From: an uncultured Alphaproteobacteria bacterium
GTDB lineage: Bacteria; Pseudomonadota; Alphaproteobacteria; Rhizobiales; Xanthobacteraceae
Assembly (NCBI GenBank): GCA_963825105.1
Contig: CAWGSB010000024.1
Coordinates: 41,615-105,614, forward strand
DNA length: 64,000 bases
Direction: 5' to 3'
Shown here in pieces: positions 35,804-49,439 of the stretch. Under the pieces are notes generated by a model, which did no database searches, was not told the DNA's origin, and saw nothing but the letters and a program-made list of their open reading frames with translations. A program made the translations under genes and the position numbers. Within the stretch, counting starts at the first letter, position 1. The number at the start of each line of letters is the position of its first letter.

Positions 35804-36116
35804 GAGAATCCTGGGGCGACGCGGCCCCCGGCCGCTTCTTCTTGTTCTTGCCCTTCAGAAACTGGACATCGATCTCGGTGCCGTTGACGCGGACCAGTTC
35901 GCATCGGCGATAGGCCAGGCCGGTCGACGATAGCAGCAGAAAGAACTCCTTGAGATTGAGGCCTTGGATGGAGCCCTCCACGGTCAGGATGGCGTCATTG
36001 TCCGATATGGCGTTGAGCAGACAATCCCGGCGCCACGTGCCGTCAATGCCCATGATGCAGACGCCATATCCGCGGCTGAACGTTACGCGTTCCGGTCCTT
36101 TGGCGTCATCTGCCAT
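35790..36116 (-). CDS. PilZ-domain protein
   Basis: ERVTF...CLLNAISDNDAIL...RRCELVRVNG, a degenerate PilZ signature. Confidence 0.7.
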   Translation of the reverse strand: MADDAKGPERVTFSRGYGVCIMGIDGTWRRDCLLNAISDNDAILTVEGSIQGLNLKEFFLLLSSTGLAYRRCELVRVNGTEIDVQFLKGKNKKKRPGAASPQDSLMGA

Positions 36117-36119
36117 TTG

Positions 36120-37003
36120 TCAAAGCCCCGCCATCGCAGCGACCTTCGGCGCAGCCGCACCGGCCGCCGGCATCTTTGCCGGCGTCGCGCGCGCACCGCT
36201 GGGCCGATAGAGACCGCGCCGATCCGGATAGGGCTTGAAGACGTCGGTCAGCCCGACCACCGTTTCCGCAGCGCCGAGCACGAGAAAGCCGTCCGGCTCG
36301 GTCGCCTTGGCGAGGCGGTTGAAGATGTTGATCTTGGTGTCCTGATCGAAGTAGATCAGGACGTTGCGGCAGAAGATCACGTCGAAGACCCCGAGCTGGG
36401 AAAAATCGTGCAGCAGATTGAGCTGCCGGTGCTGCACCATCGCGCGGATGTCGGCATTGATCTGCCAGAGCTCTCCGGTCTGCTTGAAGTATTTGACGAG
36501 CATCTGAATCGGCAGGCCGCGCTGGACCTCGAATTGACTGTATATTCCCGACCTGGACTTCTCGAGCACCTCCTGCGAAAGGTCGGTGGCGAGAATTTCG
36601 ACCCGCCAGCCGGTGAGCGCGGCGCTCATTTCCTTCAGGCACATCGCCAGCGAATACGGTTCCTGGCCGGTCGAGCCGGCGGCACACCAGATCCGAATGC
36701 TCTTGCGGCCGGCGCGCGCCTGCAGGATTTCGGGCATGATCGAATCGCGAAAGTGATCGAACGGAACCTTGTCGCGAAAAAAGAACGTTTCGTTGGTGGT
36801 CATCGCCTCGACCACCTGGGCTGATGATAGAGGTGGATCCGCCCTTCATTTTTTGCACGAGTTCGCTGATGCCGGACAGGCCGGCTTTCCGCGAAAGCGG
36901 AAGCAACCGGCTTTCGATCAGATATTGCTTGTCGGCAGACAGATCGAGGCCGGAATGGTCTCTTGAGAAGTTTGCGCAGGTATTCGTAGTCGGGCGGGGT
37001 CAC
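36120..37003 (-). CDS. cheR: Chemotaxis methyltransferase CheR
   Basis: TTNETFFFRD, STGQEPYS, FCRNVLIYF; 5' frameshifts. Confidence 0.93.
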
Positions 37004-37240
37004 GGGCGGCCTCTCGAAACGAATTGCAATGATTTCGGATTGACATCGCCGGACGACACCGCCGTGACGCGAATGCCAATATGCGGGGCGGCGTGCGTCG
37101 ATGACGGACGAGACATCGGCGGCGCGGAAAACCGCCCCTCCGAATGCAACCGTGTTGGGGATTTCCCCCGGCAGTTGGTTCAGTACCCATGACTCGACCT
37201 GACGCAACCAGATGTAAAGTTAACAAACGGCGGAACCGGA

Positions 37241-37624
37241 CTAGACCGGCACCGGAACCTCGATCAAACCGACTTCCTGGAACTTCGCGGCGACGATGTC
37301 CTTGTCGAACGGCTTCATGATGTATTCGTTGGCGCCGGCGTGCAGCGCGCGCGCGATATGGTCGATTCCGTTCTCGGTGGTGCAGAACACCACCTTGGGC
37401 TGATCGCCGCCGGGCATGCGGCGCAGCTCGCCGAGGAATTCATAGCCGTCCATGACGGGCATGTTCCAGTCGAGCAGGACGGCGTCGGGCAGTCCGCGCT
37501 TGCAGACTTCGAGCGCCTTCTCGCCGTCCTCGGCTTCGACGATCTGGAAATCGAGGCCTTCCAGGATGCGCCTTGCGATTTTCCGGATGACGCTCGAGTC
37601 ATCGACAACAAGACATGTTCTCAT
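37241..37624 (-). CDS. cheY: CheY-like response regulator
   Basis: LVVDDS, LDWNMPVMDG, YIMKPF. Confidence 0.9.
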   Translation of the reverse strand: MRTCLVVDDSSVIRKIARRILEGLDFQIVEAEDGEKALEVCKRGLPDAVLLDWNMPVMDGYEFLGELRRMPGGDQPKVVFCTTENGIDHIARALHAGANEYIMKPFDKDIVAAKFQEVGLIEVPVPV

Positions 37625-37666
37625 TTCGGCCTTCTCCCAAATGGGGCGTTGCGATCGCAACTCCGG

Positions 37667-38140
37667 CTAAGCGGCAAGCGAGGTTTTGGGCACGATTTCG
37701 AGGACGCGATCGACGTCGAGGACGACCATGAGCTGGCCGTCGAGGCGATGCACGCCGCCGGCGAGCTTGGCCATGCGGGGATCGAGGTTGACGGGGTTTT
37801 CCTCGCGGCCTTCGTCGGGCAGCCGCAGCACTTCGCCGATCTGGTCGATCAACAGGCCGTAGGATTCGCCGCGCAGGTCGACGCCGACCGCCATCGGCGG
37901 CTTGCCGTCGTCGTTCCTGGGCAGGCCGAGCCGGACGCGCATGTCCACCACCGTGACGATGCGGCCGCGCAGGTTGAGCACGCCGGCGATCTCGGTCGGC
38001 GACAGCGGCACCCGCGTCAGCCGTTCCGGCATGAACACGTCCTGGACGCGGGAGATCGGCAGGCCAAACAGCTGGCCGCCGATCATCGCGGTGACGTATT
38101 CGGCCATGGTGCCTTCGGTGAGTTCGGTCTTGCTGGTCAT
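37667..38140 (-). CDS. cheW: CheW
   Basis: GVLNLRGRIVTVVD, GLLIDQIGEV. Confidence 0.93.
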   Translation of the reverse strand: MTSKTELTEGTMAEYVTAMIGGQLFGLPISRVQDVFMPERLTRVPLSPTEIAGVLNLRGRIVTVVDMRVRLGLPRNDDGKPPMAVGVDLRGESYGLLIDQIGEVLRLPDEGREENPVNLDPRMAKLAGGVHRLDGQLMVVLDVDRVLEIVPKTSLAA

Positions 38141-38175
38141 GCTGGATTCCTTCACGCCGTCCGGCTGAACCTGTT

Positions 38176-40900
38176 TCATGCCGCCGCCCTGGAGAGCTCG
38201 GCGGTCTGTTCCTTCAGCGCCGCGATCAGGCCGGGACGGTCGAACTTGGCGACGTAATCGTGGAAGCCGGCCAGCCGGCCGCGCTCGATCGCCGCCGGCG
38301 ACACCACCGAGGACAGCGCGATGATCGGCAGCGAGCTCAGATGCTGGTCGGCCTTGATGGTCTCGGCGAACTCGAACCCGTTCATGTCGGGCATTTCGAT
38401 GTCGGTCAGCACCACGTCGAACGATTGCCCCGAGCGCAGCGCCATCAGGCCCTCCTGGGCGTTGGGCGCCACCCGCACCCGGTAGCCCGCCGCTTTGAGC
38501 ACCGGCGCCAGCATGTTGCGGAAGAACGCCGAGTCGTCGACCAACAGCACCGATTGCGCGGATGCGGCCGGGCGCATCTCCTTGCGGCTGAACCAGTCGG
38601 CGAACGCCATCGGCAGGAAGTGGCCGACGTCGATCACCTCGGTGGCCTGGCCCTTGATCACGGCGGAGCCGAGAATGCCGTCCTTGCCGCCCGCGACCTC
38701 GATGTTGAGCTTCTCCTCGACGATGTCGATGATCTCGTCGACCACCAGCCCCATCGAGCGGCCGTCGTCGGCGAACACCAGGATCGGCTGGGCGCCCGTG
38801 GTCTGCACGCTGACGCCCTCCATCTGCACCAGCGGCATCAGCTGGTCGCGGTATTGCACCATGTAGCGGCCGTTGGAGAGCTCGATCTTGTCGGTGGCGA
38901 GCTCTTCCAGCCGGGTGACGAGGCCGAGCGGCACCGCCTTGGGCTGGGTCGAGCCGGCGCGGAACACCAGAAGCGAGGTCAGCTGTTCGGCGGCGCTGGC
39001 GCGCGAAGCGGCATTCTCGTCGGCGATCTCGTGGCTGGCCGCCCCCGAGGCGCCGAGCGCCTTCGCGATGCCGTTGGGATCGATGATCATGATGACGGCG
39101 CCATCGCCCAGGATGGTGTTGCCGGAGAACATGTCGATGTGGCGCAGTTTGGTCGACATCGGCTTGACCACGATTTCCTCGGTGTGGAACACGCCGTCGA
39201 CCACGATGCCGAAGGTCTGGCTGCCGACCTGGGTCACGACGATAAAGCCGTTCTCCGGATCGGAGGAGGAGCCGTCGTCGATCTTGAGCAGCTTTTTCAG
39301 GTGCATCAGCGGCAACAGCTTGTTGCGCAGCCGAAGCACCGCGGTGTCCTTGATGCGCTCGATGCGGTGCTCGGAATTGGCCCGCGCCCGCACCAGTTCG
39401 ACCACCGACAGCTGCGGGATGGCAAAGCGGTCGCCGCCGGCTTCCACGATCAGCGCCGAGACGATGGCGAGCGTCAGCGGGATCTTGATGGTGACGGAAG
39501 AGCCCTCGCCGGCCACCGACTTGATGTCGATGGTGCCGCCGATCTGGTCGATATTGGTGCGCACCACGTCCATGCCGACGCCGCGGCCGGACACGCTGGT
39601 GACGGCGGCAGCGGTGGAGAAGCCGGGCGCGAAGATGAACTTGTGGATCTGGGCCTCGGTCATCTTCTCCAGTTCGGCCTCGCTGACGAGACCGCTTGCG
39701 ATCGCCTTGGCCTTGATCTTCTCGGTGTCGAGGCCTCTGCCGTTGTCGGCGATGCAGATGATGATGTGGCCGCCCTCATGATAGGCGGACAGCCGGATGG
39801 TGCCCTGCTCGGGCTTGCCGGCCGCGGCCCGCTCGGCCGGGGTCTCCAGCCCGTGGTCGGCGGAGTTGCGCACCATATGGGTGAGCGGATCCTTGATCAG
39901 GTCGAGCACCTGGCGGTCGAGCTCGGTGTCGGCGCCGTGCATCTCCAGTTCGATCTGCTTGCCGAGTTCGCCGCGAGAGGTCGCGCACGATGCGCGGCAG
40001 CTTCTGCCAGGCATTGCCGATCGGCTGCATCCGCGTCTTCATGACGCCTTCCTGCAGCTCGGCGGTGACGTTGGACAGCCGCTGCAGCGGCACCTTGAAC
40101 TCGGTGTCCTCGTTGCGCCGGGAGATCTCCAGCAGCTGGTTGCGGGTCAGAACCAGTTCCGACACCATCGTCATCAGATGTTCCAGCGTATCCACGTTCA
40201 CACGGATCGACTGGTTGGCGACTTTATCGGCCTCCTGCACTTCCACCTCGACCACCGATTTGGCTGCCGCGGGTTTTGTCGCCTTCGCGGCCGGCTTCGC
40301 CTCTTTGGCCGGCGCAGCGTGCGGCTCCTGCTGCTTCGGCGGCGCGGGCGCAACCTCGGTCGCGGTCTCGCGGAATGCGCGCTCCAGTTCATCCAGCGAC
40401 ACTTCGCCCGGGCGCAACGGCCGCTCCAGCGTCTGCGGCACCAGGCTGCCCTGCGCAACCGCCGGCTCGACGGCAGCCGCCGGCTTGGACTCGACCGGTT
40501 CAGCCTGCTCTGTCATCGATTCCATTCCACGCTCCACCATCGCTTCCAGTTCGTCGATCAGGTCCTGATCGGAGCCGTCCGGCTCCGCCTCGGTCGCCTC
40601 GAGCTGGCCCAGGATGTCCTTGAGCCGGTCGATCGTGGTCAGGATCAGCGTGACCGCCTGCCCGGTCACCGGCATTCCGTCGCGGAATTTGCCCATCAGG
40701 GTCTCGGCGGCATGCGCCAGCGCTTCCAGCCGCGGCAGCCCGAGGAAGCCGCAGGTGCCCTTGATGGTGTGAACCAGGCGAAAAATGTTATCGAGTATCT
40801 TGGCGTTGTTCGGTTCCTGCTCGAACCGCACCAGTTGGTTGTCGACGGTGTCCAGGCTCTCGCTGGTCTCCGTCAGAAATTCCCGCAATAGATCATCCAT
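38176..40900 (-). CDS. cheA: Hybrid CheA (Hpt-dimer-HATPase-2xCheW-REC)
   Basis: FRLVHTIKG, HMVRNSADHG, SGRGVGMDVV; frameshift near 39975. Confidence 0.95.
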
Positions 40901-41549
40901 CAGAATACGCCTTCCAAGCAATAATGTTGCGGTCGATCGCGAACCATTCCCTCGCGTCGTCACGCGAGATGGTTAAGCGGATATCCCTGCCTGCAACCGA
41001 TAGCCCTAACGGTTGCTCATTCACGTTAATTTCAATGTCCGTGCTAATACGGATGATGCGCGGGGCGGCCGCGCGCGAAGGCTGCACCCGGCCTGCGTCG
41101 GCGCACTTCGTTAATTTTCCTAAAATTGCCTCGAACGCCCGGCAAAGGCGCCGCATGGAATATGAGTGGCGATCTTGAGCGGATAGCAACAGGCTGTGAC
41201 GCCTCCGGCATATTCTCGATGCCGGCCTGACTGAGAAACGTCAGCCGCGGTTGAACCGGGCGGCCCGGGGCGAGGCGCCACAAAATCAGGAACGCCTGGC
41301 TCAAGGCCGCATCATCGGCGACTGCCGAGCGTGTCGCATGGAATATCCTGCCACGAAAGGTAGCTGACCGAAGCTTCTATCGTTTGCAGAACAACGCGCC
41401 TGGCAGCGAAGGCCGTGCAGGAAGATGCACCTCTATGCCAATTTTTCTTGCCAACAATACGTGCAAGGCTCATCCTTTATCTTCAATACCGTGTATAGGC
41501 GTTGGCGGTACCTGAGACCAGTTGTGCTCCCTTGAGGAAGGAGGTTGCT

Positions 41550-42266
41550 TTGGACTCGGCCCTTCGTTCACCCAACGGGTTTTTGTCAACGCTTTCGGCG
41601 GATGATTTCGAATTGATCCGCCCGCACCTGCGAACCGTCGATCTGGTTCCGGAATTCGTGCTGGTCGAGGTGGGCGAAACGCTCAAGCGCGCCTACCTGC
41701 CGCACAAGGGCGTGATCTCCCTTGTCGTCAAACTTGCGAAGGGAGACCATGTTCAGATCGCCATGGTCGGCCGCGACAGCGTGTTCGGCGCATTCTCCGC
41801 CTTCGGCGATCCGACCTCGCTCAACAGTGCCGTGGTGCTGGTTCCCGGCGCCGCTTCGACGCTCGACATCGATCGCCTGCGGGCCGCGGCCGATCAAAGC
41901 GCTACCTTTCGAGCGGAGCTGGTTCGGCACGGGCTGGCGGTCTACGCCCAGGTCCAGCAGACCGCGGCGTGCAACGCCTCGCACACGGTGGAATCCCGGC
42001 TGGCGCGATGCCTTTTGCACACCCACGATTTTTCCGGCGGCGGCAAATTTGTGCTGACCCAGGAATCGATGGCGCAGATGATCGGTGCGCGGCGTAACAG
42101 CGTATCGTTGGTGGCCAGCACGCTGCAGCAGGCCAATTTCATCCACTACAGCCGGGGACACATCGAGATCACCAATCTCGAAGGTCTCAGCAATACCTCG
42201 TGCGAATGCTACGCCACCGTCAAGGCACAGTATGACAGACTGCTTCGGCCTCGTTGGCTGTCGTGA
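41550..42266 (+). CDS. Crp/Fnr-family regulator
   Basis: ACNASHTVESRLARCLL, LTQESMAQMIGARRNSV. Confidence 0.88.
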   Translation: MDSALRSPNGFLSTLSADDFELIRPHLRTVDLVPEFVLVEVGETLKRAYLPHKGVISLVVKLAKGDHVQIAMVGRDSVFGAFSAFGDPTSLNSAVVLVPGAASTLDIDRLRAAADQSATFRAELVRHGLAVYAQVQQTAACNASHTVESRLARCLLHTHDFSGGGKFVLTQESMAQMIGARRNSVSLVASTLQQANFIHYSRGHIEITNLEGLSNTSCECYATVKAQYDRLLRPRWLS

Positions 42267-42573
42267 GCAACCGACGCCGACGGTTAATGAATGATTTTGG
42301 CCGGTCGCATTTGCAGGCCAGGCGAACGGGGCGCTCGAGCCCGCGCAGCACAGGCGATGAACCCCGGCGGCGATGTTGTCCTCCCCGTATAACTACGACC
42401 TCGTCGCGCCGCCGCCCGTCAAATTTATCCGGCGGCGAATTAACGCGGTGTTCAAAGACCGCTGATAATTGTCACGGTGCTGACGAGCGCAAATTCGAGA
42501 AGCGTCGAAGGTTTTTCGCACGCTACGATGGTCGCACTCGTGTTCGGCAACCTGAACTGTGCGGAGTACGGAC

Positions 42574-42966
42574 ATGGCCTTTGATTTGTCGATGCCGATC
42601 CTGGTAGTCGATGACTACAACACCATGATCCGGATCATCCGCAACCTGCTCAAGCAGATCGGGTTCGAGAACGTCGATGATGCCAGCGACGGTTCGGCCG
42701 CGCTCGCCAAGATGCAGGGCAAGAAGTATGGCCTGGTGATCTCCGACTGGAACATGGAGCCGATGACCGGGTATGATTTGCTCAGGGAAGTCCGCGCCAG
42801 CCCCGAACTTTCGCAAACGCCGTTCATCATGATAACCGCGGAATCGAAGACCGAAAACGTCATTGCCGCGAAGAAGGCCGGCGTCAGCAACTACATCGTC
42901 AAGCCGTTCAACGCCGCAACGCTGAAGACCAAGATGGAAGCGGTGTTTCCGGGGTCGGCCGAGTAA
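42574..42966 (+). CDS. cheY: CheY response regulator
   Basis: ILVVDD, ISDWNMEPMTG, YIVKPFNAATL. Confidence 0.92.
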   Translation: MAFDLSMPILVVDDYNTMIRIIRNLLKQIGFENVDDASDGSAALAKMQGKKYGLVISDWNMEPMTGYDLLREVRASPELSQTPFIMITAESKTENVIAAKKAGVSNYIVKPFNAATLKTKMEAVFPGSAE

Positions 42967-43318
42967 CCGTCGCGGGCGACGCGAAACAGTTTCTGGCGGG
43001 CTGCAGGCAACGGAGCGGCCATCGGCCGCTGCGAATGTGGATTTACCCGTTCGTCGCCGGCAGGACCGGAAACGAGTCCGGACAATTCTTTCAATACAAG
43101 CGAGGCCGCTTGCGCCGCGGCTCGAGCGCAGAGCCGTTCGCCGCGGGCGAGTATCGAGCGCCTCCCGAGCGATGGACGCGGCCTGTTGGTCCGACGCAGC
43201 GCGGGAACCGCAGGGCTGAGCACGCCCCGGCAAGGTGGCCGCCGTAATTCTACGGCGCCGCATGTTCATACACGGATAATCTTAAATCGCGATAGTTTCG
43301 TAAACTAAGGAGGATTCC

Positions 43319-43642
43319 ATGTTTACGTTCGAAACGGCCGACCAGAAAGAAGTCCGGCGTTTCCGCATCGCGCAATTCAACGGCAGAGCCGCGACCGTGA
43401 GGTCGGGTGGATCGACAATCACGGGTCACGTTCGGTCGGTGCTCGAAAACAAGTCCAGCGTTCCGCAACGCTGGACCATTACGATCGTCCCGAGCGCGCC
43501 CAAGACCGAGAGTCCTGCGGCCCGCGCCCCGTGTGCACACCTTCGTGGAAGACCTCTACTGAGCGGCCGCGTTGCCCGGCACCGCCGGCTTCACCCTCAA
43601 TCGGCAAATGCAAGACGATCCGGCGAGGGATTGCGCGCTTGA
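43319..43642 (+). CDS. Small hypothetical protein
   Basis: Strong AAGGAGG RBS; 3' end uncertain. Confidence 0.55.
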   Translation: MFTFETADQKEVRRFRIAQFNGRAATVRSGGSTITGHVRSVLENKSSVPQRWTITIVPSAPKTESPAARAPCAHLRGRPLLSGRVARHRRLHPQSANARRSGEGLRA

Positions 43643-43774
43643 TGCGCCGCGCGATTTTCGAAACGCTAGAGCGGGATGACTTTTCTTCGAAACGTGCATC
43701 ACCGCTCTATCTTTTCGTTTGAGCATGATCTTTTCGGAAAGACCGGTGTGCCGACTTTTCCGAGAGTCATCGCT

Positions 43775-44398
43775 CTAGACTGCGGGATGCAGGAGCGCCA
43801 GGCGGACGAGGTCCGCGGTGTTGCGCGCTCCGAGCTTTCGCATCGCCTCGGCGCGATGGCTCTCGAAGGTCCTGGGACTGATATTCATCCGCAGCGCACC
43901 TTGCTTGTTGGAGTAGCCCTCGCTGATGAGGCTCAGGACCTCGCGTTCGCGCTTCGTCAGAGGCTTCTGACCGGAGCCCGAGGCAAACATGACGCCCGGG
44001 ATCCGAGTCCCGTCCTTGCTGCGACCGGCCCGCTTCTCCGATCCGGCGTTGCGGGCGGCCTCAACGGCTGGTTCTTCATGCGCGTCCGCGATCTGCTTGA
44101 TCATGGCGCAGACACGCTCGGTCTGTTGCAGCGCGTTCTCGACCACCTGCTGCAGGTAAACCCGGTTACCCGCGGCCTGAGACAACTGCTGGCTGTATTG
44201 TTTGATCTCGCCCATGTAGAGGAGCAGCGCGGTCAGAGGCCCGTTGAGCTGTCGGGCTATCGCGGCGCCTGCCTCATCCATCGCCCGCGTGCGCGCGGCG
44301 GACAGCCGTACGGTTTCCGGATCGTCTTCGGGAGGCGCGCTGCTTTCGATCCACTTCGAGAAAGGCGAATCAGTGATTCGGTTTTCTTGATGTCCCAT
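43775..44398 (-). CDS. LuxR-HTH regulator with a degenerate HisKA-like N-terminal domain
   Basis: AAIARQLNGPLTALL; LTKREREVL...ISPRTFESHRAEAMRKL. Confidence 0.8.
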   Translation of the reverse strand: MGHQENRITDSPFSKWIESSAPPEDDPETVRLSAARTRAMDEAGAAIARQLNGPLTALLLYMGEIKQYSQQLSQAAGNRVYLQQVVENALQQTERVCAMIKQIADAHEEPAVEAARNAGSEKRAGRSKDGTRIPGVMFASGSGQKPLTKREREVLSLISEGYSNKQGALRMNISPRTFESHRAEAMRKLGARNTADLVRLALLHPAV

Positions 44399-44748
44399 AC
44401 GATTTGTTTAACGAGCCTCCCCTCTTCGAGGGTTAATTTTTTAACCAGTAGGAATACGGGGTTTTTGGCAAGCCCCTGGAAGCAAGGACCGCCGGCGCTT
44501 GCCGGAAGATTCGCGCAAGATCAGCCCCAAAACGCCGAATATGAGCGGCTTGCGGCAAAAATCTCCGTAGTTCCACGGCCCTCAAGCGCGCCTTCGATTT
44601 AACCGGGTATCCCCGTATTTTCACGGGAATCCGCATTTACCTCTTAATCTGGCGCGAACTGTTTTCGTGGTCTTATGCCCACAGGTTTGCCCGCCTGCGC
44701 GGCGCGGACCCGTTGGTATTTGATCACATCGCAGAAATTTACGACGCA

Positions 44749-45907
44749 ATGACGCTCGCCGACCGGATCCAGGAGTTTCTGCAGCGGCTGACGCCGCTAA
44801 CGCGGAATTGTCTTCTGACCGAGCTCGAGCGGCTGGAGACGTCCGACGGCGAAATACCCGGCTCCGCGGAGATCATGGCCAAATTGCGCGCGGAATTCCG
44901 CAAGGATGGCTCGACGCAAAATCGCATGAGCAATCCCCCGCGGTACTTCTTTGCGCCGTTGGAGCCGGTGCTCGTCGACGGGGCCCCCGAGCATGCCAAT
45001 TCCGGACAGATACAGCGCGGCTCGCTGACTGCGATCTGGGAGTGGATCTGCCGGGATCTGCTGCCGACGATGGCGCGGGACTATGTCAAGAAAATCGACG
45101 AGTTAGTCGCCACCAACCATGAGCGGGAAGCCCGGCGGGTCGCCGCCGCGTTCCAGATCAAGGTCATCAAATCTCTCGAGGGCAGGCTGAATTCGCCGGA
45201 CGGCGCCGATCAAACCCGCAAGAAGCTCGCCGCCTACACGGCTTCGCGCACGGCCTATGACGACCTGACCAAGATGCTTTCTGTGCTGCGCGCGCGCGAT
45301 GCGCTGGCCAAGTTCAATGAAGCGCTGCCGGCCGCAATCCAGAAATTCGATGACGCGCGTGTCGCCAAGATAACGGCGCTGCTGAACGCGTTCAGAAAAT
45401 CCCATGCCGGGGAAATCCCGTTCGCGCTGGCGCTGGTGGCCAAGCGGCTTAGAACTCACTGGCAATTGATCCGCCTCGCCACCAAGCTCGCGGCAAGCAA
45501 GAACGCCGCGGACATCGCCGCCACGCCTTATGCGATCGTCGTCTCGATGGTGCTGGACCGGCTGGAAGACAGTCGGTCGGCGTTGCGCTATGCGCTCAAG
45601 AACAACCGGGTGCTCGTCGCCCGGGAACTTCTGACCGAAATTTACGACACCGAATACGCATTGCGGGTCCGCATCGACCTGCTCGACCAATCCGACTGGG
45701 GAGCCCGGCTCGACAGCCTGATGACATCCATCGCCGCGCTGGTGGAGGCCGAAGTGAAGCGGTTTCCCGACAATGTCGGCCATGTCCTGGGATCGCGCCG
45801 CCTGCGCAGCTATCGATTCCCTCGCCGGACGCCTGACCTATCTGGCCTATAAGGGCCGCGACGTCGGAACGGCTTTTTGCAGGAAGCTGATCGGGCGGGC
45901 GGCCTGA
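44749..45907 (+). CDS. Conserved-looking alpha-helical hypothetical protein
   Basis: Long ORF with host codon usage; 3' frameshift. Confidence 0.65.
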
Positions 45908-46342
45908 GCGATCAAGCGCCTGGAACAGTGGTTGGCGAACGGCGCCGGCACGCGTTCGCTGCTCGCTCGCATGTTCTTGCCGCGCGCCGCTAGCTCTGCC
46001 TCACGCGCCGCGCGTTCAGGAATTTGTCCAGAAATCGTCCCGAGACGACGAACCTGAACCACCAGTAAGCCATCCGCCGCGTCTTCATTTGCCCGTCCTC
46101 CATGGTGGAAGTGGCCCCGGCCGGCGTCATCAATAGCGCCGAACCCGGCACCCGGCTGTGACATGCTTCACACTTGCCGGCATAAACGCCGCGGTCGGGA
46201 ACCGGATGCGATCCAACCTGCGATTACGAGGCGGTCGGCATGGCGAACCGCAACGAGGCGCAATAGGCGAGCCGCGGCCAAAGCGTTTTCAGAGCGAAGC
46301 GGGAACCGGTTCGCGTGAAGAAAACCCGTCAAATCGAGAGCT

Positions 46343-47854
<1,512 letters not shown>

Positions 47855-47989
47855 TGATCGACTGAGCCCATTTGCGGCCCGGGGAATGCCGGACGAGATC
47901 GAATAGCTTCCTTCGCGAAAGCGGCCAACGTCAAGCAAGCCGGCGCATCGATTTGGCGGTTTCCCTTTCAGGAGAAATTGCCATCCACG

Positions 47990-48021
47990 AAAAAGCCCGC
48001 CGGCTGCTGCCGGCGGGCTTT
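47990..48021 (-). terminator. Rho-independent terminator downstream of the cold-shock gene
   Basis: AAAAAGCCCGCCGGC-TGCT-GCCGGCGGGCTTT. Confidence 0.8.
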
Positions 48022-48095
48022 GGTCTCGTGTCGCTCGAGGAACGCCGTCGATCAGAGATTCCGGTACATCCGCGGTAATCTCAAATCGGCTGGCG

Positions 48096-48305
48096 TTACA
48101 TGGCGCGAAGGTTTTCCGCGCTGGTCTTGCCACGCTGGCTGTCGACCTTCGCCTCGAACGAAAGCTTCTGGCCTTCGTTGAGCGAGCCCATGCCGGCGCG
48201 CTCGACGGCGCTGATGTGCACGAACACGTCGTTGCCGCCGTCGTCAGGCTGAATGAAGCCGAAGCCCTTGGTCGCGTTGAACCACTTAACTGTTCCGGTA
48301 GCCAT
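48096..48305 (-). CDS. cspA: Cold-shock protein
   Basis: [18 protein letters not shown]...DVFVHISA. Confidence 0.95.
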   Translation of the reverse strand: MATGTVKWFNATKGFGFIQPDDGGNDVFVHISAVERAGMGSLNEGQKLSFEAKVDSQRGKTSAENLRAM

Positions 48306-48522
48306 TTTAACTTCTCCAAGATGCGCAAATGCGCGATGCGCCCGCACGACCTTCGCGCGGGCTTGATCCGATTTCAGCGATGTCTTGGGGAGTAGAGCCG
48401 GTTCGGCGCGATCAACAAGCAAATCGATTATTCGAATATGAGGCATATAAGCGGTCGCGCCGGATATAGCAAGTCGAACCGGCTAATATGACGAAATGCT
48501 AATAATAGAGAATTGCAGCAGA

Positions 48523-48729
48523 TCAGCCGAGCCGGCTGATCTGCTCCTCGGTCACCACGCGCTCGATATTCCCGGTCTTGCTCTTGATGCGGTAGCGCGG
48601 GCGACCGTCGGCCTCGATCGGCAGGCGGCTGACGATGGTATAGACGCTGCGCTCCTTGACCACGGCGCGGCCCTGCGGCCCCTGCGGCTGGTGATGGACG
48701 TCGTCGTTGATCGCGAAATTGTGGGCCAT
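48523..48729 (-). CDS. Small conserved hypothetical protein upstream of csp
   Basis: 68 aa: YTIVSRLPIEADGRPRYRIKS...ERVVTE. Confidence 0.65.
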   Translation of the reverse strand: MAHNFAINDDVHHQPQGPQGRAVVKERSVYTIVSRLPIEADGRPRYRIKSKTGNIERVVTEEQISRLG

Positions 48730-48857
48730 GGCCGCTGTTCCCGTTGCTGGAGGGCTTGTAGGCGCAACCGCCCGGCAAGGCAACTCATCGATCGGCCGCA
48801 TGAACGCGGCGTGGCGCCTCAAGGGTTTCCGGCGCGAGCGCTCGCGCCGCATCGACG

Positions 48858-49267
48858 ATAGACTGCAGCAGGAACGCTTCGATGCCTTTATCCGCGAGTT
48901 CAATGCCGAACGGCCGCATGAGGCGCTTGATATGAAATGTCCCACCGAACTCTACGTGGCCTCACTACGCCCTTAGGCTGGCTTGCCCGAGCTGACCTAT
49001 CCGTTCCACGATCGCGAACTTCTCGTCACCGCCTGTGGCCGCCTCTGCCTGCATCGCAAGAGGATCAACGTCTCAACCGTGCTGGCCGGCCAGAAACTCG
49101 GCATCAAGGAAGTCGACGCGGCATTTGGCTCGCCAGCTTCATGCGCTATGAACTCGGATACTTCGACCTGGAGCAGAAAACCCTGCAACCCCTCAACAAC
49201 CCGTTCGGCACGAGGTTGTCACCCACGTCTTAGGTACGACCTGTTACCGATGTCTCCGGGTTGGACA
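48858..49267 (+). mobile_element. IS481-family remnant (transposase C-terminus + right end)
   Basis: QERFDAFIREFNAERPHEAL...ELGYFDLEQKTLQPLNNPF; end has tandem TGT(C/T)ACC boxes finishing in ACA. Confidence 0.8.
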
Positions 49268-49277
49268 ATTACAGTGC

Positions 49278-49331
49278 TGGCGGGCCATGCCCGACGATGA
49301 AGAGCACTATGTCTACGTCATAGCCCTATGA
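49278..49331 (+). repeat. att-like repeat copy 1 (encodes WRAMPDDEEHYVYVIAL*)
   Basis: 48/54 identical to 51071-51124 by manual alignment; starts TGGCGG like the tRNA fragment at 53013. Confidence 0.85.
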
Positions 49332-49439
49332 CGAGGCTGGCATTCAGACGAAGCACCTCGCCGAAAGTCGCGATTCCGCGCTACAATACGTCTTGTTCCC
49401 CTGGAACAAACGTCAAACTCGGCAGGCGCGGATCAAGGA

